Positions 8,845-18,754 are shown, counted from the stretch's first letter. The stretch is DNA of 64,000 nt from Candidatus Onthousia faecigallinarum (GCA_018716225.1 DVKE01000048.1:166-64165); one strand, 5' to 3'. Notes: generated by a model not told the origin, from the letters alone. Numbers and translations: made by a program.

Positions 8845-8879
8845 AACAAGATTTTGTCGAAATATGTCGAATCTTGTTG
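8845..8879. promoter_or_regulatory. 9-bp inverted repeat enclosing two tandem TGTCGAA heptamers (Spo0A-box-like), in the cspA/agrB divergent intergenic region
   Basis: The sequence is caacaagat tt TGTCGAA ata TGTCGAA tcttgttg. The heptamers are 10 bp apart. Confidence 0.45.
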
Positions 8880-8959
8880 TAACAACCAGATATTATAAAA
8901 AAAATAAGGAAAAACAAAGAAAAAAAGTAGTACTCTTTTTGATAGATAAGGTGATACAT

Positions 8960-9550
8960 ATGAAAGAAAAATTCTTAAAAAGTTCTATGAATTTTATTAC
9001 CAAAAACGAAACAATAGATGAGGAAACAAAAGAAAAAATAGCTTTTGGCTTAGAAGGACTATATCTTTCTGTTACAAAGCTAATAATTATCAATCTACTA
9101 GCCTTTTCATTAGGAATTTGGCTAGAATTTGTAATTTTCTTAGCGTTGTTCAATTTTTTAAGATTTTTTGGATTCGGAGCTCATGCCAACAATTCAAAAA
9201 CTTGTCTCATTACATCATCCCTTTTACTTGTTGGAACACCCTATCTATTTTTAAAATTATCTTTGCCGACATATCTTATTTACACCTTATGTACTACTTC
9301 CATTATTATTTTTATCCTTTATGCACCAGCAGATACAGAAAAAAGACCATTAACAAATAAAAAGAAAAGGAAGATAAGAAAATTTATGACTGTTATAGTT
9401 GCTTGTATTTTTACCATCCTTATTGTTATACTTAAAAATCACACCATAAAGATGTTATTACTTAGTAGTCTCATAGTAGAAAGCATTATGGTTTTACCCA
9501 TTACTTATAAAATATTAAAAATACCGTATCGGAACTATTTAAAGGTTTAA
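8960..9550 (+). CDS. agrB: AgrB-like autoinducing-peptide processing peptidase / membrane protein
   Basis: 197 aa from the ATG at 8960 (RBS AAGGTGA). It is a multi-TM protein. The GAHANNSKTC segment places His and Cys 7 residues apart, as in S. aureus AgrB H77/C84. Confidence 0.75.
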   Translation: MKEKFLKSSMNFITKNETIDEETKEKIAFGLEGLYLSVTKLIIINLLAFSLGIWLEFVIFLALFNFLRFFGFGAHANNSKTCLITSSLLLVGTPYLFLKLSLPTYLIYTLCTTSIIIFILYAPADTEKRPLTNKKKRKIRKFMTVIVACIFTILIVILKNHTIKMLLLSSLIVESIMVLPITYKILKIPYRNYLKV

Positions 9551-9595
9551 ACACATTGTTTGTGTTTAAATAAATTTTTATAAGGAGGTGAAAAC

Positions 9596-9715
9596 ATGAA
9601 AAAAAGAGTTGCAAAAATTGTCGCTGCCATTGCTTTAATGTTAACGGCTAGTGCTAGTACAGGATGTGTCTTTTTGATTGCAGATGAACCTAAAGCATTA
9701 AAAAATATGGACTAA
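9596..9715 (+). CDS. agrD: AgrD-like autoinducing peptide precursor (39 aa)
   Basis: It has a strong RBS TAAGGAGGTG. It has an amphipathic leader MKKRVAKIVAAIALMLTASAST, then a single Cys in GCVFLIA and a charged tail DEPKALKNMD. It lies immediately downstream of agrB. Confidence 0.6.
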   Translation: MKKRVAKIVAAIALMLTASASTGCVFLIADEPKALKNMD

Positions 9716-9747
9716 AAAAAGATTCCACATCGTCGAATCTTTTTTTA
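9714..9747. terminator. Bidirectional rho-independent terminator between convergent agrD and agrC
   Basis: The sequence is aaaaaa AGATTC cacatcgtc GAATCT ttttttt. Confidence 0.6.
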
Positions 9748-9758
9748 TTTTATCGAAA

Positions 9759-11045
9759 TTAAATGACCGTTAATCTCTGAATAAAGAAATCATTTAACAC
9801 ATTATTCTCAGTAGATAAATACTTTGATTTTTGTATTGTTTTAGTAGCATAGTATAATCCTTTTCCATGTCCTTTCCCCTTTGTTGTATACCCTTTCTTG
9901 TTCATATCTTCAACTTTAACATTTCCTTCATAAGTATTTGATATTACAAAATTAACTTCTTCCTCTAAAGAATATATTTCTAGTGTAACCTGCTTTCTCT
10001 TTGATTCCTTTGCTGCCTCAATAGCATTATCTAAATATATTCCTAATACAATCCCAATATTCCTGATTTGTTTTGTAGTAAGTCTTTCTATCTTCTTCGT
10101 TACTTTTGAACTTACATCTACAATCATTTGTACTTTCTCATTTTTTGCAACTGCTATCTTATAATATAGTAGACCTTTTAACCCACCTTTAGGAACATTC
10201 TTTAAATCTTCTATATATTCTTCATCTACTATAATACTTACCTTCAACATATCATCGATTTTATCAATAACTTTCTTATTCTTTGTCATACTCCTTAACA
10301 TCGATAAATTATTCTTTAACTCATGTCGATACATCTGCTCATCATCTATCCAATTTTCAAAATCTTGTACATAATCAAATAATATATTGTATTCATCACT
10401 TAACTTTTGATACTTATCCTTCTCATCCAGATAAAAATAAGCTAACAAAATAAAAATTACTATACTAATAGATGTAATAGTATAATATAAATTAAGCTTA
10501 AAAACAGAAACTATATTATAATATAATAATGTTATTACTATTATTATCAAGATAAAAAAAAGAATCAATGTTAAATAATTATTTCTATCTATCTTCCCAC
10601 ATAAATTTTTTATCTTTATCTTTAAAAAACTGAAAGTCGACATAAAATAAGAAAAAAAGCCTATTATAATATTATTAATTAAAGCTAAACATAAATTTTT
10701 TCGAATGGAATAATATGGTATAAAATTCAATTCAATAGAAACAACTAACAAATCAAAAAGAGTAATCAATATAAAAAATATCCCACTAATCAAAATTGAA
10801 TTTACAAAACTAATTCGAAACATTTTATGAAACACAATCCCATAAACCAAAAAAGACAACAATAATACAAAAGAATTATATTCAACTTTATAAAATAAAC
10901 AAACTGGCAAAATCATAAAAAGAAAATAAATTAAATTCGAAATACTAAATATCTTTCTATCACTTTCCACTAGTTTGCGTACTATCAATAATGCAATTAT
11001 TGCCATAAATGAAGATCCCAATACTTTAATCAACAACAGTGACAT
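9759..11045 (-). CDS. agrC: AgrC-like sensor histidine kinase (HPK10 / GHKL)
   Basis: 428 aa. The N-terminal half is polytopic. The C-terminal has an HATPase_c region (NAIEAA..GHGKGLYY) and a coiled HisKA-like region. Confidence 0.75.
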   Translation of the reverse strand: MSLLLIKVLGSSFMAIIALLIVRKLVESDRKIFSISNLIYFLFMILPVCLFYKVEYNSFVLLLSFLVYGIVFHKMFRISFVNSILISGIFFILITLFDLLVVSIELNFIPYYSIRKNLCLALINNIIIGFFSYFMSTFSFLKIKIKNLCGKIDRNNYLTLILFFILIIIVITLLYYNIVSVFKLNLYYTITSISIVIFILLAYFYLDEKDKYQKLSDEYNILFDYVQDFENWIDDEQMYRHELKNNLSMLRSMTKNKKVIDKIDDMLKVSIIVDEEYIEDLKNVPKGGLKGLLYYKIAVAKNEKVQMIVDVSSKVTKKIERLTTKQIRNIGIVLGIYLDNAIEAAKESKRKQVTLEIYSLEEEVNFVISNTYEGNVKVEDMNKKGYTTKGKGHGKGLYYATKTIQKSKYLSTENNVLNDFFIQRLTVI

Positions 11046-11758
11046 TTCTCCATCAACTCCTTTTTATGATTTCGAGCAACCGCATCAAGCTTCATACCAT
11101 TAGAAAAATAAATGACATTTGATTTCACATCAAAAGTACGAACCATATTAAGATTTACTAAAAAACCTCTATGTACCTTTAAAAAACGTTTATCTAATGT
11201 TTTCTCTAATTCAACGATAGACTTAGGAACTTTAAAGGTTCCATACGTAGTATAAACAATAGATCTCTTACTCTCTTGTTCCTTTTCAATATACACAATC
11301 TTACGAAATTCAATTTTATGAAGCATATAATTATATTCATAAGTTAAACATTTCTCCCTTGTATCATAATGTTTCATAATAATTTTTAAGACACTTAAAA
11401 TTTTGTCATCAATACCTCCACATTTAGAAATAAAATCTAATAAAAACAAACGATTCGTCAACGCCGTATATCTATATTCATCATACGCCGTCACAATAAC
11501 GATTAAAGAATTCCAATCTTCTACTTTTTCACGGATAAGTCTAGCAGCATCAATCCCAGAAGCATTACCCGTTCTAATATCAAGAAAATAAACCTTATAT
11601 CCGATATCAGCTGTTGTAATCCCATTAAAATCATGATCATAACAATCAAAAGAATAGATATTATAACTAGTATTATAATTCATCATGAACTTTCTGATAT
11701 CATTTTTCATAACTTCTAAAAACTTTTCATCATCATCACATAAAATAAAATTTAGCAT
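11030..11758 (-). CDS. agrA: LytTR-family response regulator (AgrA-like)
   Basis: It has a receiver domain (ILCDDDE) and a C-terminal LytTR DNA-binding domain (FLKVHRGFLVNLNMV). The start is chosen at MLNFIL, with RBS GGGAG 7 nt upstream. Confidence 0.75.
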   Translation of the reverse strand: MLNFILCDDDEKFLEVMKNDIRKFMMNYNTSYNIYSFDCYDHDFNGITTADIGYKVYFLDIRTGNASGIDAARLIREKVEDWNSLIVIVTAYDEYRYTALTNRLFLLDFISKCGGIDDKILSVLKIIMKHYDTREKCLTYEYNYMLHKIEFRKIVYIEKEQESKRSIVYTTYGTFKVPKSIVELEKTLDKRFLKVHRGFLVNLNMVRTFDVKSNVIYFSNGMKLDAVARNHKKELMEKCHCC

Positions 11759-11866
11759 ACTACAACTCTCCCTTCTAAAAATCATACATAGATAATTTTA
11801 CCATATTTTTCCTTTTTAGAACGAAAAAAGACAAGAAAAAAGAATAGTTATAAAGCCATATGTCGC

Positions 11867-12976
11867 TTATCTATTCTCTTTCTTCTTCTTCTTTTTTATA
11901 GTACCTTCTACTTTATCGATCAGATTATCTGTAACCTCTTTATTCTTTGGTGAAATAATAGTCGTTCGAAATACAAACCATACTACAATAATAAAGATTA
12001 AAATATACAGAATTTTACCAACTACAGGATCTTTTAAAGTATAAAAGATAGAAGCACTTGCAAATAAAATATCAATTCCATAAATAATAAGTACGGTTGT
12101 CCTCTGAGAAAAATTCATTCCTAAAAGTTGATGATGAATATGCTCTTTATCGGGCGAAAAAGGTGGTTGATGCCGCAGCATTCGTCTTATGATAGCAAAC
12201 AAAGTATCAAGAATCGGAATACCCAAAATAATAAGTGGTACAAATAAGCTTGTTAAAGCAGGACCTTTAAATTCTAATAAACTAATGACTGCTATAATAA
12301 AGCCTAAAAACATAGCACAATCACCACAGAATATTTTTGCTGGATAAAAATTATGAAGAAGGAAACCCAATGTTGCACCTAACATAATAAAAGTTAAAAT
12401 CATAACTAAACTTCCACTTCTTCCTTGAAAGAAACCTATGATACCAATAGTTAAAAAGAAAATACTACTGATACCACCACTTAACCCATCTAAGCCATCA
12501 ATCAAATTAATTATATTAGTACACGCAATGATAAAGAAAATAGTTAAAGGATATGACCAAATACCAAAATCCAAAGAATAACCGAAAGCTGTAATATTAT
12601 TTAAAAGGATTCCTCCATAAAAAACTATGACACAAGCAGCAATTAGCTGCCCTATTAATTTTTGTCCGGCTCGTATCGATTTAATATCATCAATAATTCC
12701 TGTCAAAATGATAATAAAACTACCAATTAAAATAGAGTTCATTTGAACACTTTGAACGCCAAAAAGCATATAACCAATTAAAAATGCAAGAAAGATTCCA
12801 ACCCCGCCTAACTTTGGAATCGGCTTTTTATGAATATGTCGATTTCCTTCATCACTTCTAGGATAGTCAATGGCACCAATATGTTTTGCAATCCTTTTCA
12901 TAAAAGGCATAATTGCAGCAGAACAAACAAAAGTAACAAAGACAATCTTTAATGCATTTAATATTTCTGCATTCAT
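11867..12976 (-). CDS. tagO: Undecaprenyl-phosphate N-acetylhexosamine-1-phosphate transferase (TagO/WecA family, GT4)
   Basis: It has RHIHKKPIPKLGG and NLIDGLDGL motifs and about 10 TM segments. Confidence 0.7.
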   Translation of the reverse strand: MNAEILNALKIVFVTFVCSAAIMPFMKRIAKHIGAIDYPRSDEGNRHIHKKPIPKLGGVGIFLAFLIGYMLFGVQSVQMNSILIGSFIIILTGIIDDIKSIRAGQKLIGQLIAACVIVFYGGILLNNITAFGYSLDFGIWSYPLTIFFIIACTNIINLIDGLDGLSGGISSIFFLTIGIIGFFQGRSGSLVMILTFIMLGATLGFLLHNFYPAKIFCGDCAMFLGFIIAVISLLEFKGPALTSLFVPLIILGIPILDTLFAIIRRMLRHQPPFSPDKEHIHHQLLGMNFSQRTTVLIIYGIDILFASASIFYTLKDPVVGKILYILIFIIVVWFVFRTTIISPKNKEVTDNLIDKVEGTIKKKKKKENR

Positions 12977-13082
12977 AACTATTTCCTCTTTTCTAACATT
13001 ATTATAACAATATTAAAAAAGGTTTACAAGAACAAAGAAAAAGGCATTCAAAATCCTATAAATACAACAAAACAAGAAACAA

Positions 13083-13679
13083 CTAACACTTTGAATTAGC
13101 ATAAGAAAAATTCACAATTTCAAAAAAATTTGATAAATAATTCATTTTCTCATTTTTATAATTCAAATAATAAGCATGTTCCCACATATCAACGTTTAAT
13201 AATGGAACGAATCCATAAGAAAGGGGACTATCTTGATTCATTGTATTAAGGATCGTTAAACTTCCATCAGGTTTTTTAACTAAAAAAGTATAGCCAGATC
13301 CCTTTAATGACATTGCATATTCAATAAACTTTGCTTTAAATTTTTCATAACTTCCAAAAGTTTCCTCTAACATTTTTAAAAGTGTAGTATTAGGAATCTC
13401 CCGATTTCTAGGATTGATACTTTGAAAATATAGATCGTGATTTACAACTCCTCCCCAATAAAAAAGAATATCATTTCGATAAGAAGCTGGAAACAAGGAT
13501 AAATGCTGATATAAGGTTTCAATAGGATATTGATAATTATAATGATTTTTTTCTAATAAAAGATTTAATTGATTTAAATAATTTCTTTGATGTTTCTGAT
13601 AATGAAGTCCCATAGTATGGGTATCAATAAAAGGTTCTAAATCTTGATACAAAAATGGTAGTGGTTGTAATTGATACAT
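13083..13679 (-). CDS. sodA: Superoxide dismutase (Mn/Fe)
   Basis: It has the DMWEHAYY motif and an N-terminal HxxxH region. Confidence 0.9.
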   Translation of the reverse strand: MYQLQPLPFLYQDLEPFIDTHTMGLHYQKHQRNYLNQLNLLLEKNHYNYQYPIETLYQHLSLFPASYRNDILFYWGGVVNHDLYFQSINPRNREIPNTTLLKMLEETFGSYEKFKAKFIEYAMSLKGSGYTFLVKKPDGSLTILNTMNQDSPLSYGFVPLLNVDMWEHAYYLNYKNEKMNYLSNFFEIVNFSYANSKC

Positions 13680-13739
13680 AACAGTACCTCCATTAAAAAA
13701 TATTCAAAAAAAAGAAAATTAGAATACTTATCTAATCTT

Positions 13740-14735
13740 CTATGACTCATTTTCTAATAATTTAATATTATCTAACAATACTCCTGTTCCCTCTACCACA
13801 CAAGTAAGTGGACTATCCGCAATGAAAACAGGTACCTTTAACTTTTCTTTTAGTAATGGAACAAGTCCATTCAACATAGAACCACCACCAGTTAAAATAA
13901 TACCTTTTTCCACAATGTCTGCGGATAACTCTGGAGGAGTTTGTTCTAATACTGCTGTCACTGCCTTAATAATTTTAGTAATCGATTCTCTTAAAGCCTC
14001 TTCTGTTTCTTCTTCTGTAATTTCAATAGTACTAGGAAGCCCAGTAACCAAATCTCTACCTCTTACTTCAAGTTTATGTTTTTTATCTGGATTAAAAATA
14101 TTAGCAAATTCAATCTTGATTTCTTCTGCTGTTTGTTCACCAATTAATAACTTATACTTTTCTCTTATATACTTAATAATGTCTTGATCAAAAACATTTC
14201 CAGCAATTCGTACGGAATCACTTGTAACAATGTCATTCAAAGAAAGAATAGCAATATCCGTTGTTCCTCCTCCAATATCAATAACCATATTAGCACTTGG
14301 TTTAGAAATATCCATCCCAGCACCTATAGCTGCTACCTTCGGTTCTTCTTCTAAAAATACTCGTCGTGCTCCTGTTCTTTCTGCCGCTTCTTTAATAGCA
14401 TTTTTTTCCACCGGTGTAATATTAGAAGGACAACAAATCAAAATACGTGGACGAGAAAGGAAATTACGAGCATGGATTTTACGGATAAAATAATCAAGCA
14501 TAATTTCCGTAATTTCAAAATCCGCAATAACCCCATCTTTCATTGGTTTAATTGCTTTTACTTTTCCAGGAGTCCGTCCCAACATTTCACTTGCTTCATG
14601 ACCCACCGCTACTACTTTTTTATTGTCTGTATCAATCGCTACAACACTAGGTTCGTTTAAAACAATTCCTTCTCCTTTTATATATATCAATACATTGGCA
14701 GTACCTAAATCAATCCCAATATCTTTCGCTAGCAT
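13740..14735 (-). CDS. mreB: Rod-shape determining actin-like protein MreB/Mbl
   Basis: It has DIGIDLGTANVLIY and GGGTTDIAILS motifs. Confidence 0.85.
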   Translation of the reverse strand: MLAKDIGIDLGTANVLIYIKGEGIVLNEPSVVAIDTDNKKVVAVGHEASEMLGRTPGKVKAIKPMKDGVIADFEITEIMLDYFIRKIHARNFLSRPRILICCPSNITPVEKNAIKEAAERTGARRVFLEEEPKVAAIGAGMDISKPSANMVIDIGGGTTDIAILSLNDIVTSDSVRIAGNVFDQDIIKYIREKYKLLIGEQTAEEIKIEFANIFNPDKKHKLEVRGRDLVTGLPSTIEITEEETEEALRESITKIIKAVTAVLEQTPPELSADIVEKGIILTGGGSMLNGLVPLLKEKLKVPVFIADSPLTCVVEGTGVLLDNIKLLENES

Positions 14736-14843
14736 AATTATCACGTCCTTTTACTGTTAATATTTTAACAAATTTTATAATTGATGTAAATCATTCAAAA
14801 TTATTTTATCCAGAAAAAAATTTTTTATACATAAAAAAAACGG

Positions 14844-15530
14844 TTATTCCGTTTTTTCTTCAGTAGTACTATTGTCATTAGTTTCACTAGACTTAGTTTC
14901 TACAGTTTTATCAAAGTAAGTATTAGGATTAACAATCTGTCCATTTTGGTATAACTCAAAATGTAAATGATTCCCTAAGTCTTTATCAAGCGTATTCGTA
15001 CCACTCTTCCCTATCACTTGTCCTTGTTTCACAGTATCATTTTTCTTAACACTAACTTCACTTAGACTCTGATAACTACTGATTAAATCATTGCTATGTT
15101 TTATTTCTACAATTGTTCCTAACAATTCATCCTCTGATACATTCGTTACTGTTCCATCTAAAACTGCTACCACATCAAAAGGAGTATCAAGAGTAAAGTC
15201 CATTCCTGTGTTTTGAATATAAGTATTCTCATGATATAAAATTGATTTTTCTTGTGTTTCACTATCACCCTGATAGTCATAATAGTATTTGGCTATTTGA
15301 ACTTTTTCATCAGTATAGGGTTTGATCATTGAAACCTCTTGATTAACAACTTCTATCTCATCGTCATTTGGTTCAATGATTGTTTGATTAACATAATCTA
15401 ATTGTTCCTCTTCGCCAACTGATGATTTCATGCTATTGCTAACAACAAAAGCTCCTATTCCAGTTAAAACAAAAGCCATCAAATAAACACTTGCAACAAC
15501 AACCCCTTTTTTTAATCTTAATTTTTTCAT
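14844..15530 (-). CDS. M23/LytM family peptidase with N-terminal TM (SpoIIQ-like)
   Basis: It has an N-terminal TM. The C-terminal LytM domain (GNHLHFELYQNG) has an intact HxH. Its size and architecture resemble clostridial SpoIIQ, and it lies adjacent to the mreB-like gene. Confidence 0.5.
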   Translation of the reverse strand: MKKLRLKKGVVVASVYLMAFVLTGIGAFVVSNSMKSSVGEEEQLDYVNQTIIEPNDDEIEVVNQEVSMIKPYTDEKVQIAKYYYDYQGDSETQEKSILYHENTYIQNTGMDFTLDTPFDVVAVLDGTVTNVSEDELLGTIVEIKHSNDLISSYQSLSEVSVKKNDTVKQGQVIGKSGTNTLDKDLGNHLHFELYQNGQIVNPNTYFDKTVETKSSETNDNSTTEEKTE

Positions 15531-15582
15531 TTTCTCACCTCATTAAAAGTTTGAACAAAATGAAAAAATTTATACTCTTATT

Positions 15583-15780
15583 TTATACTATTTTTGTTAC
15601 AGTAAAAAAATCCCAAATAAAATTTGTAATAAGATAAATCAAAGCTAAAGCGATCAAAAAATATAAAATTCTAGCTTGAAATATTTTATTTTTTTTAAAA
15701 ACACCATTTAAGTTAATGGAATCCATCGCAAAAACTACTAACACAGTTACAAATAAATAAAGGAAATATTTAGCACTCAT
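15583..15780 (-). CDS. Small two-TM membrane protein (hypothetical)
   Basis: The ORF has hydrophobic segments. The start is uncertain, since the longer ORF overlaps rpiB. Confidence 0.25.
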   Translation of the reverse strand: MSAKYFLYLFVTVLVVFAMDSINLNGVFKKNKIFQARILYFLIALALIYLITNFIWDFFTVTKIV

Positions 15781-16219
15781 AATGTTTCTCCTCATATTCT
15801 TTAATTTTGTTAATGCGTCTAATATGACGAACAGCATTAGAAAATGGTGTTGTCAAAAAGGCATGTATTAATTGCAAAGCTTCTTCTGTAGTAAATTTTT
15901 CAGATAAACAAATAATATTGGCATCATTGTCAGAGCGTGTTTCATAGACATCTTCTAAAGATACAACTCTAGCAGCACGCACTCCTTTTACTTTATTACA
16001 AGCAATACTAATTCCAATTCCCGAGCCACAAATAGCAATTCCATAGTCAATTTCTCTTTTTCTTAAAGCTTCCCCTAAAGCAAAAGCATAATCAGGATAA
16101 TCTACACTTTCACTACTAGAACAACCAAAATCAATTATTTCATATTCTTGTTTAAGTTTTGTAAGCAATTCCATTTTTAGTTTATAGCCACGATGATCAG
16201 ACGTAATCCCTATTTTCAT
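15770..16219 (-). CDS. rpiB: Ribose-5-phosphate isomerase B
   Basis: MKIGITSDHRGYKLK..ICGSGIGISIACNKV is RpiB/LacAB family. Confidence 0.85.
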   Translation of the reverse strand: MKIGITSDHRGYKLKMELLTKLKQEYEIIDFGCSSSESVDYPDYAFALGEALRKREIDYGIAICGSGIGISIACNKVKGVRAARVVSLEDVYETRSDNDANIICLSEKFTTEEALQLIHAFLTTPFSNAVRHIRRINKIKEYEEKHYEC

Positions 16220-16292
16220 AATTCTTTTATTTTTCTCCTTTCTATCTTTATTTTATCCACAAAAATGTGAATAATGAAAAAACAACGGAACA

Positions 16293-16514
16293 TTAAGCAG
16301 CTGTTTCGTTGTTTTGAGTAAATCCGTATTTTTTATTAAACTTATCAACACGTCCTGCACGAGATGCTCTTGCTTGTTGTCCTGTATAAAAAGGATGACA
16401 TTTAGAACATACTTCTACATGAATCTCGTCTTTTGTAGATTGAACTTCAAAAGTTTCTCCACAGGCACAAGTTACCTTACAAGTCTTATACTCTGGATGA
16501 ATTCCTTTTTTCAT
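16293..16514 (-). CDS. rpmE: 50S ribosomal protein L31
   Basis: [24 protein letters not shown] has a CxxC..CxxC motif. Confidence 0.9.
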   Translation of the reverse strand: MKKGIHPEYKTCKVTCACGETFEVQSTKDEIHVEVCSKCHPFYTGQQARASRAGRVDKFNKKYGFTQNNETAA

Positions 16515-16711
16515 TTTATCTCTCCTTCCGCCATGATAAATTAATTACCATAGTAATTCAATTCGCTAATTAATATATCAGATTTTTTTTAAATTTGCAA
16601 GGCTTTTTTCACTCACCAAATATTCCTTAAACTCATCCGATACATTTATCATTATCTATTCAATTCTCAAAATCTTGTACTGTCAAACTCTTTTGCAAAA
16701 GAGTCAACAGA

Positions 16712-17443
16712 TCATAATTTTAATTTTTTAACAATCAAATTAGCTATGGCCTGATAACCATCAGGACCTGGATGAATATTCGTAGGATTCGGTAAAAAAC
16801 TAGGATTGTTTTTAAATCCATAATAAGTATTAATATAGGTGATATCATATTTTGTACAAGAATCCTCTAATTTATCATTTAAATAAGAAAACATTCGATC
16901 AATCATAAGAGATGGCTCTTGATAAGGGTAATAATACCCTATAAAAATTATTTCTTTTTTAGCATATTTTCTTAACTCTTTAAATAACTGTTCTAAATTC
17001 TTATCTAAATCATCTATAATTTTAATAATATCCTCTTCTTGTAACGTTTCAATATCGATAGTTGACATATTAATAGCAGAAATCAGATCGTTAGCACCTA
17101 TTGATAAAGTTACTAAATCAGATTCCCTTAAACACTTTTTCAAAGATAAATCACTATCATTTACAGTAATATGTTGATTTGTGTCAAGCTGATGCTGTAA
17201 ATCAGAAATACGAGAACCAGAAACAGAAAAATCTTTAGAATAACCTCCTAACACTTGCTTTCGATCAAGATACAAAGCTAAATAATCACTATAACCATAA
17301 CTAACATCACCATAAGCATTTATTCCTAGAGAAAGAGAATCGCCAAGAGAAAGATAATTTATTTTATTAGTGTGAAAACAAGAATAAATAAGGTATATCA
17401 CAAAACAAAGTAAACAAAAAACAATTAATTTTTTATGTTTCAC
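16712..17443 (-). CDS. SGNH/GDSL hydrolase family protein (membrane-anchored)
   Basis: It has an N-terminal TM and an SLGDSLS block. Confidence 0.6.
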   Translation of the reverse strand: MKHKKLIVFCLLCFVIYLIYSCFHTNKINYLSLGDSLSLGINAYGDVSYGYSDYLALYLDRKQVLGGYSKDFSVSGSRISDLQHQLDTNQHITVNDSDLSLKKCLRESDLVTLSIGANDLISAINMSTIDIETLQEEDIIKIIDDLDKNLEQLFKELRKYAKKEIIFIGYYYPYQEPSLMIDRMFSYLNDKLEDSCTKYDITYINTYYGFKNNPSFLPNPTNIHPGPDGYQAIANLIVKKLKL

Positions 17444-17481
17444 AAAAACACTTCCCCAAAATAAAAATTAGAGTTTGTATA

Positions 17482-18735
17482 TTATATTTCTCTAATTTCT
17501 ACTTTAGCACCTACATTATTTAATTTTTCTACAATATTTTCATACCCTCGCAGAATATGCTCTACATTAGTAATTCTAGTAACTCCTTCTGCTATAAGAC
17601 CTGCAATTACCAAAGCAGCACCCGCTCTTAAGTCTGTAGCCACAACATCGCAGCCCTTTAATTTACTAGGACCAATAATGGTAGCTGTCTGATTTTTTAC
17701 CCTAATATCAGCTCCCATCTGGTTTAAATACGGAATATGCATAAAACGGTTTTCGTAAATGGTTTCTTCTATCTTACTCTTTCCTTCGCATTGGGTTAAA
17801 AGAGGGGTTAAAGGTTGTTGTAAGTCAGTAGCAAATCCGGGATAGGTCTGTGTTTTGACATGAATTCCCTTATACTTTTGTCCACAGCTAACAATAATAT
17901 AATCGGATCCAATATCAAGGAAAGCGCCCATTTCCTCTAACTTACTAGTTAAAGCCTCTATATGTTCAGGAATGATATTATCAATTTTCAAATTTTCACC
18001 ACAGGCAGCACCTAAAATAACATAAGTACCTGCTTCAATGCGATCTGGAATAACCTCATGAAAACATTTTCCAAGATGTTCTACTCCTTCAATTTCAATT
18101 CTAGAAGTTCCAGCCCCACTGATCTTTGCTCCCATATTATTAAGAAGTGTTGCTACATTAACAATTTCAGGTTCTTTGGCAGCGTTATCAATCACTGTTA
18201 TCCCTTCCGCCCGCACTGCTGCTAACATAATATTAATCGTGGCTCCAACACTAGCAAAATCCAAATAAATATTAGCACCTTTCAACTGGTTAGCCGTTAT
18301 CGTATAACAATTATCTTCTTCTACAATTTTTGCTCCCAACGCTTCAAATCCTTTTAAATGTAAATTAATCGGTCTTGCCCCAATGGAACAACCTCCTGGC
18401 AGAGTCATAACTACTTTTTTATATTTTCCAAGCAAGGCTCCCATAAAATAATAAGAAGCTCTTAATTTTTTAGCTAATTCTTCTGGTATTTCCCGATTTT
18501 CCAAGCAAGAGGGATCAATTACAACCGTTTCACTAGCTCTTTTTACTTTTGCTCCTAAATAAGTTAGAATTTCACACAAAACCTCGGTATCTGTGATATC
18601 TGGTACATTACAAATTGTTACTTCTTCATCAGACAAAATTGCTGCTGGAATTAAAGCAACGGCACTATTTTTCGCTCCACTAACACGAATGGTTCCCGTT
18701 AATTTTCTTCCTCCTGTTATCTCTAATATTTTCAT
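17482..18735 (-). CDS. murA: UDP-N-acetylglucosamine 1-carboxyvinyltransferase
   Basis: 417 aa. MKILEITGGRKLTGTIRVSGAKNSAV is a MurA N-terminus. Confidence 0.9.
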   Translation of the reverse strand: MKILEITGGRKLTGTIRVSGAKNSAVALIPAAILSDEEVTICNVPDITDTEVLCEILTYLGAKVKRASETVVIDPSCLENREIPEELAKKLRASYYFMGALLGKYKKVVMTLPGGCSIGARPINLHLKGFEALGAKIVEEDNCYTITANQLKGANIYLDFASVGATINIMLAAVRAEGITVIDNAAKEPEIVNVATLLNNMGAKISGAGTSRIEIEGVEHLGKCFHEVIPDRIEAGTYVILGAACGENLKIDNIIPEHIEALTSKLEEMGAFLDIGSDYIIVSCGQKYKGIHVKTQTYPGFATDLQQPLTPLLTQCEGKSKIEETIYENRFMHIPYLNQMGADIRVKNQTATIIGPSKLKGCDVVATDLRAGAALVIAGLIAEGVTRITNVEHILRGYENIVEKLNNVGAKVEIREI

Positions 18736-18754
18736 AAACTACCCACTCTCTTCG

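Noticed and set aside
8834-8959. N-terminal 42-codon extension of the agrB ORF (MASSTRFCRN..)
   Set aside because: It has no RBS, contains the promoter and regulatory inverted repeat, and AgrB family proteins start near MKEKF. The ATG at 8960 with RBS AAGGTGA is preferred.
8893-9360. Antisense or alternate-frame ORFs (86 aa minus, 80 aa plus) inside agrB
   Set aside because: They are fully embedded in the AgrB coding region, which has clear family similarity.
11758-11785. Longer agrA start (MIFRRESCS-)
   Set aside because: The RBS GGGAG is positioned for the downstream ATG (MLNFIL), and the receiver domain begins there.
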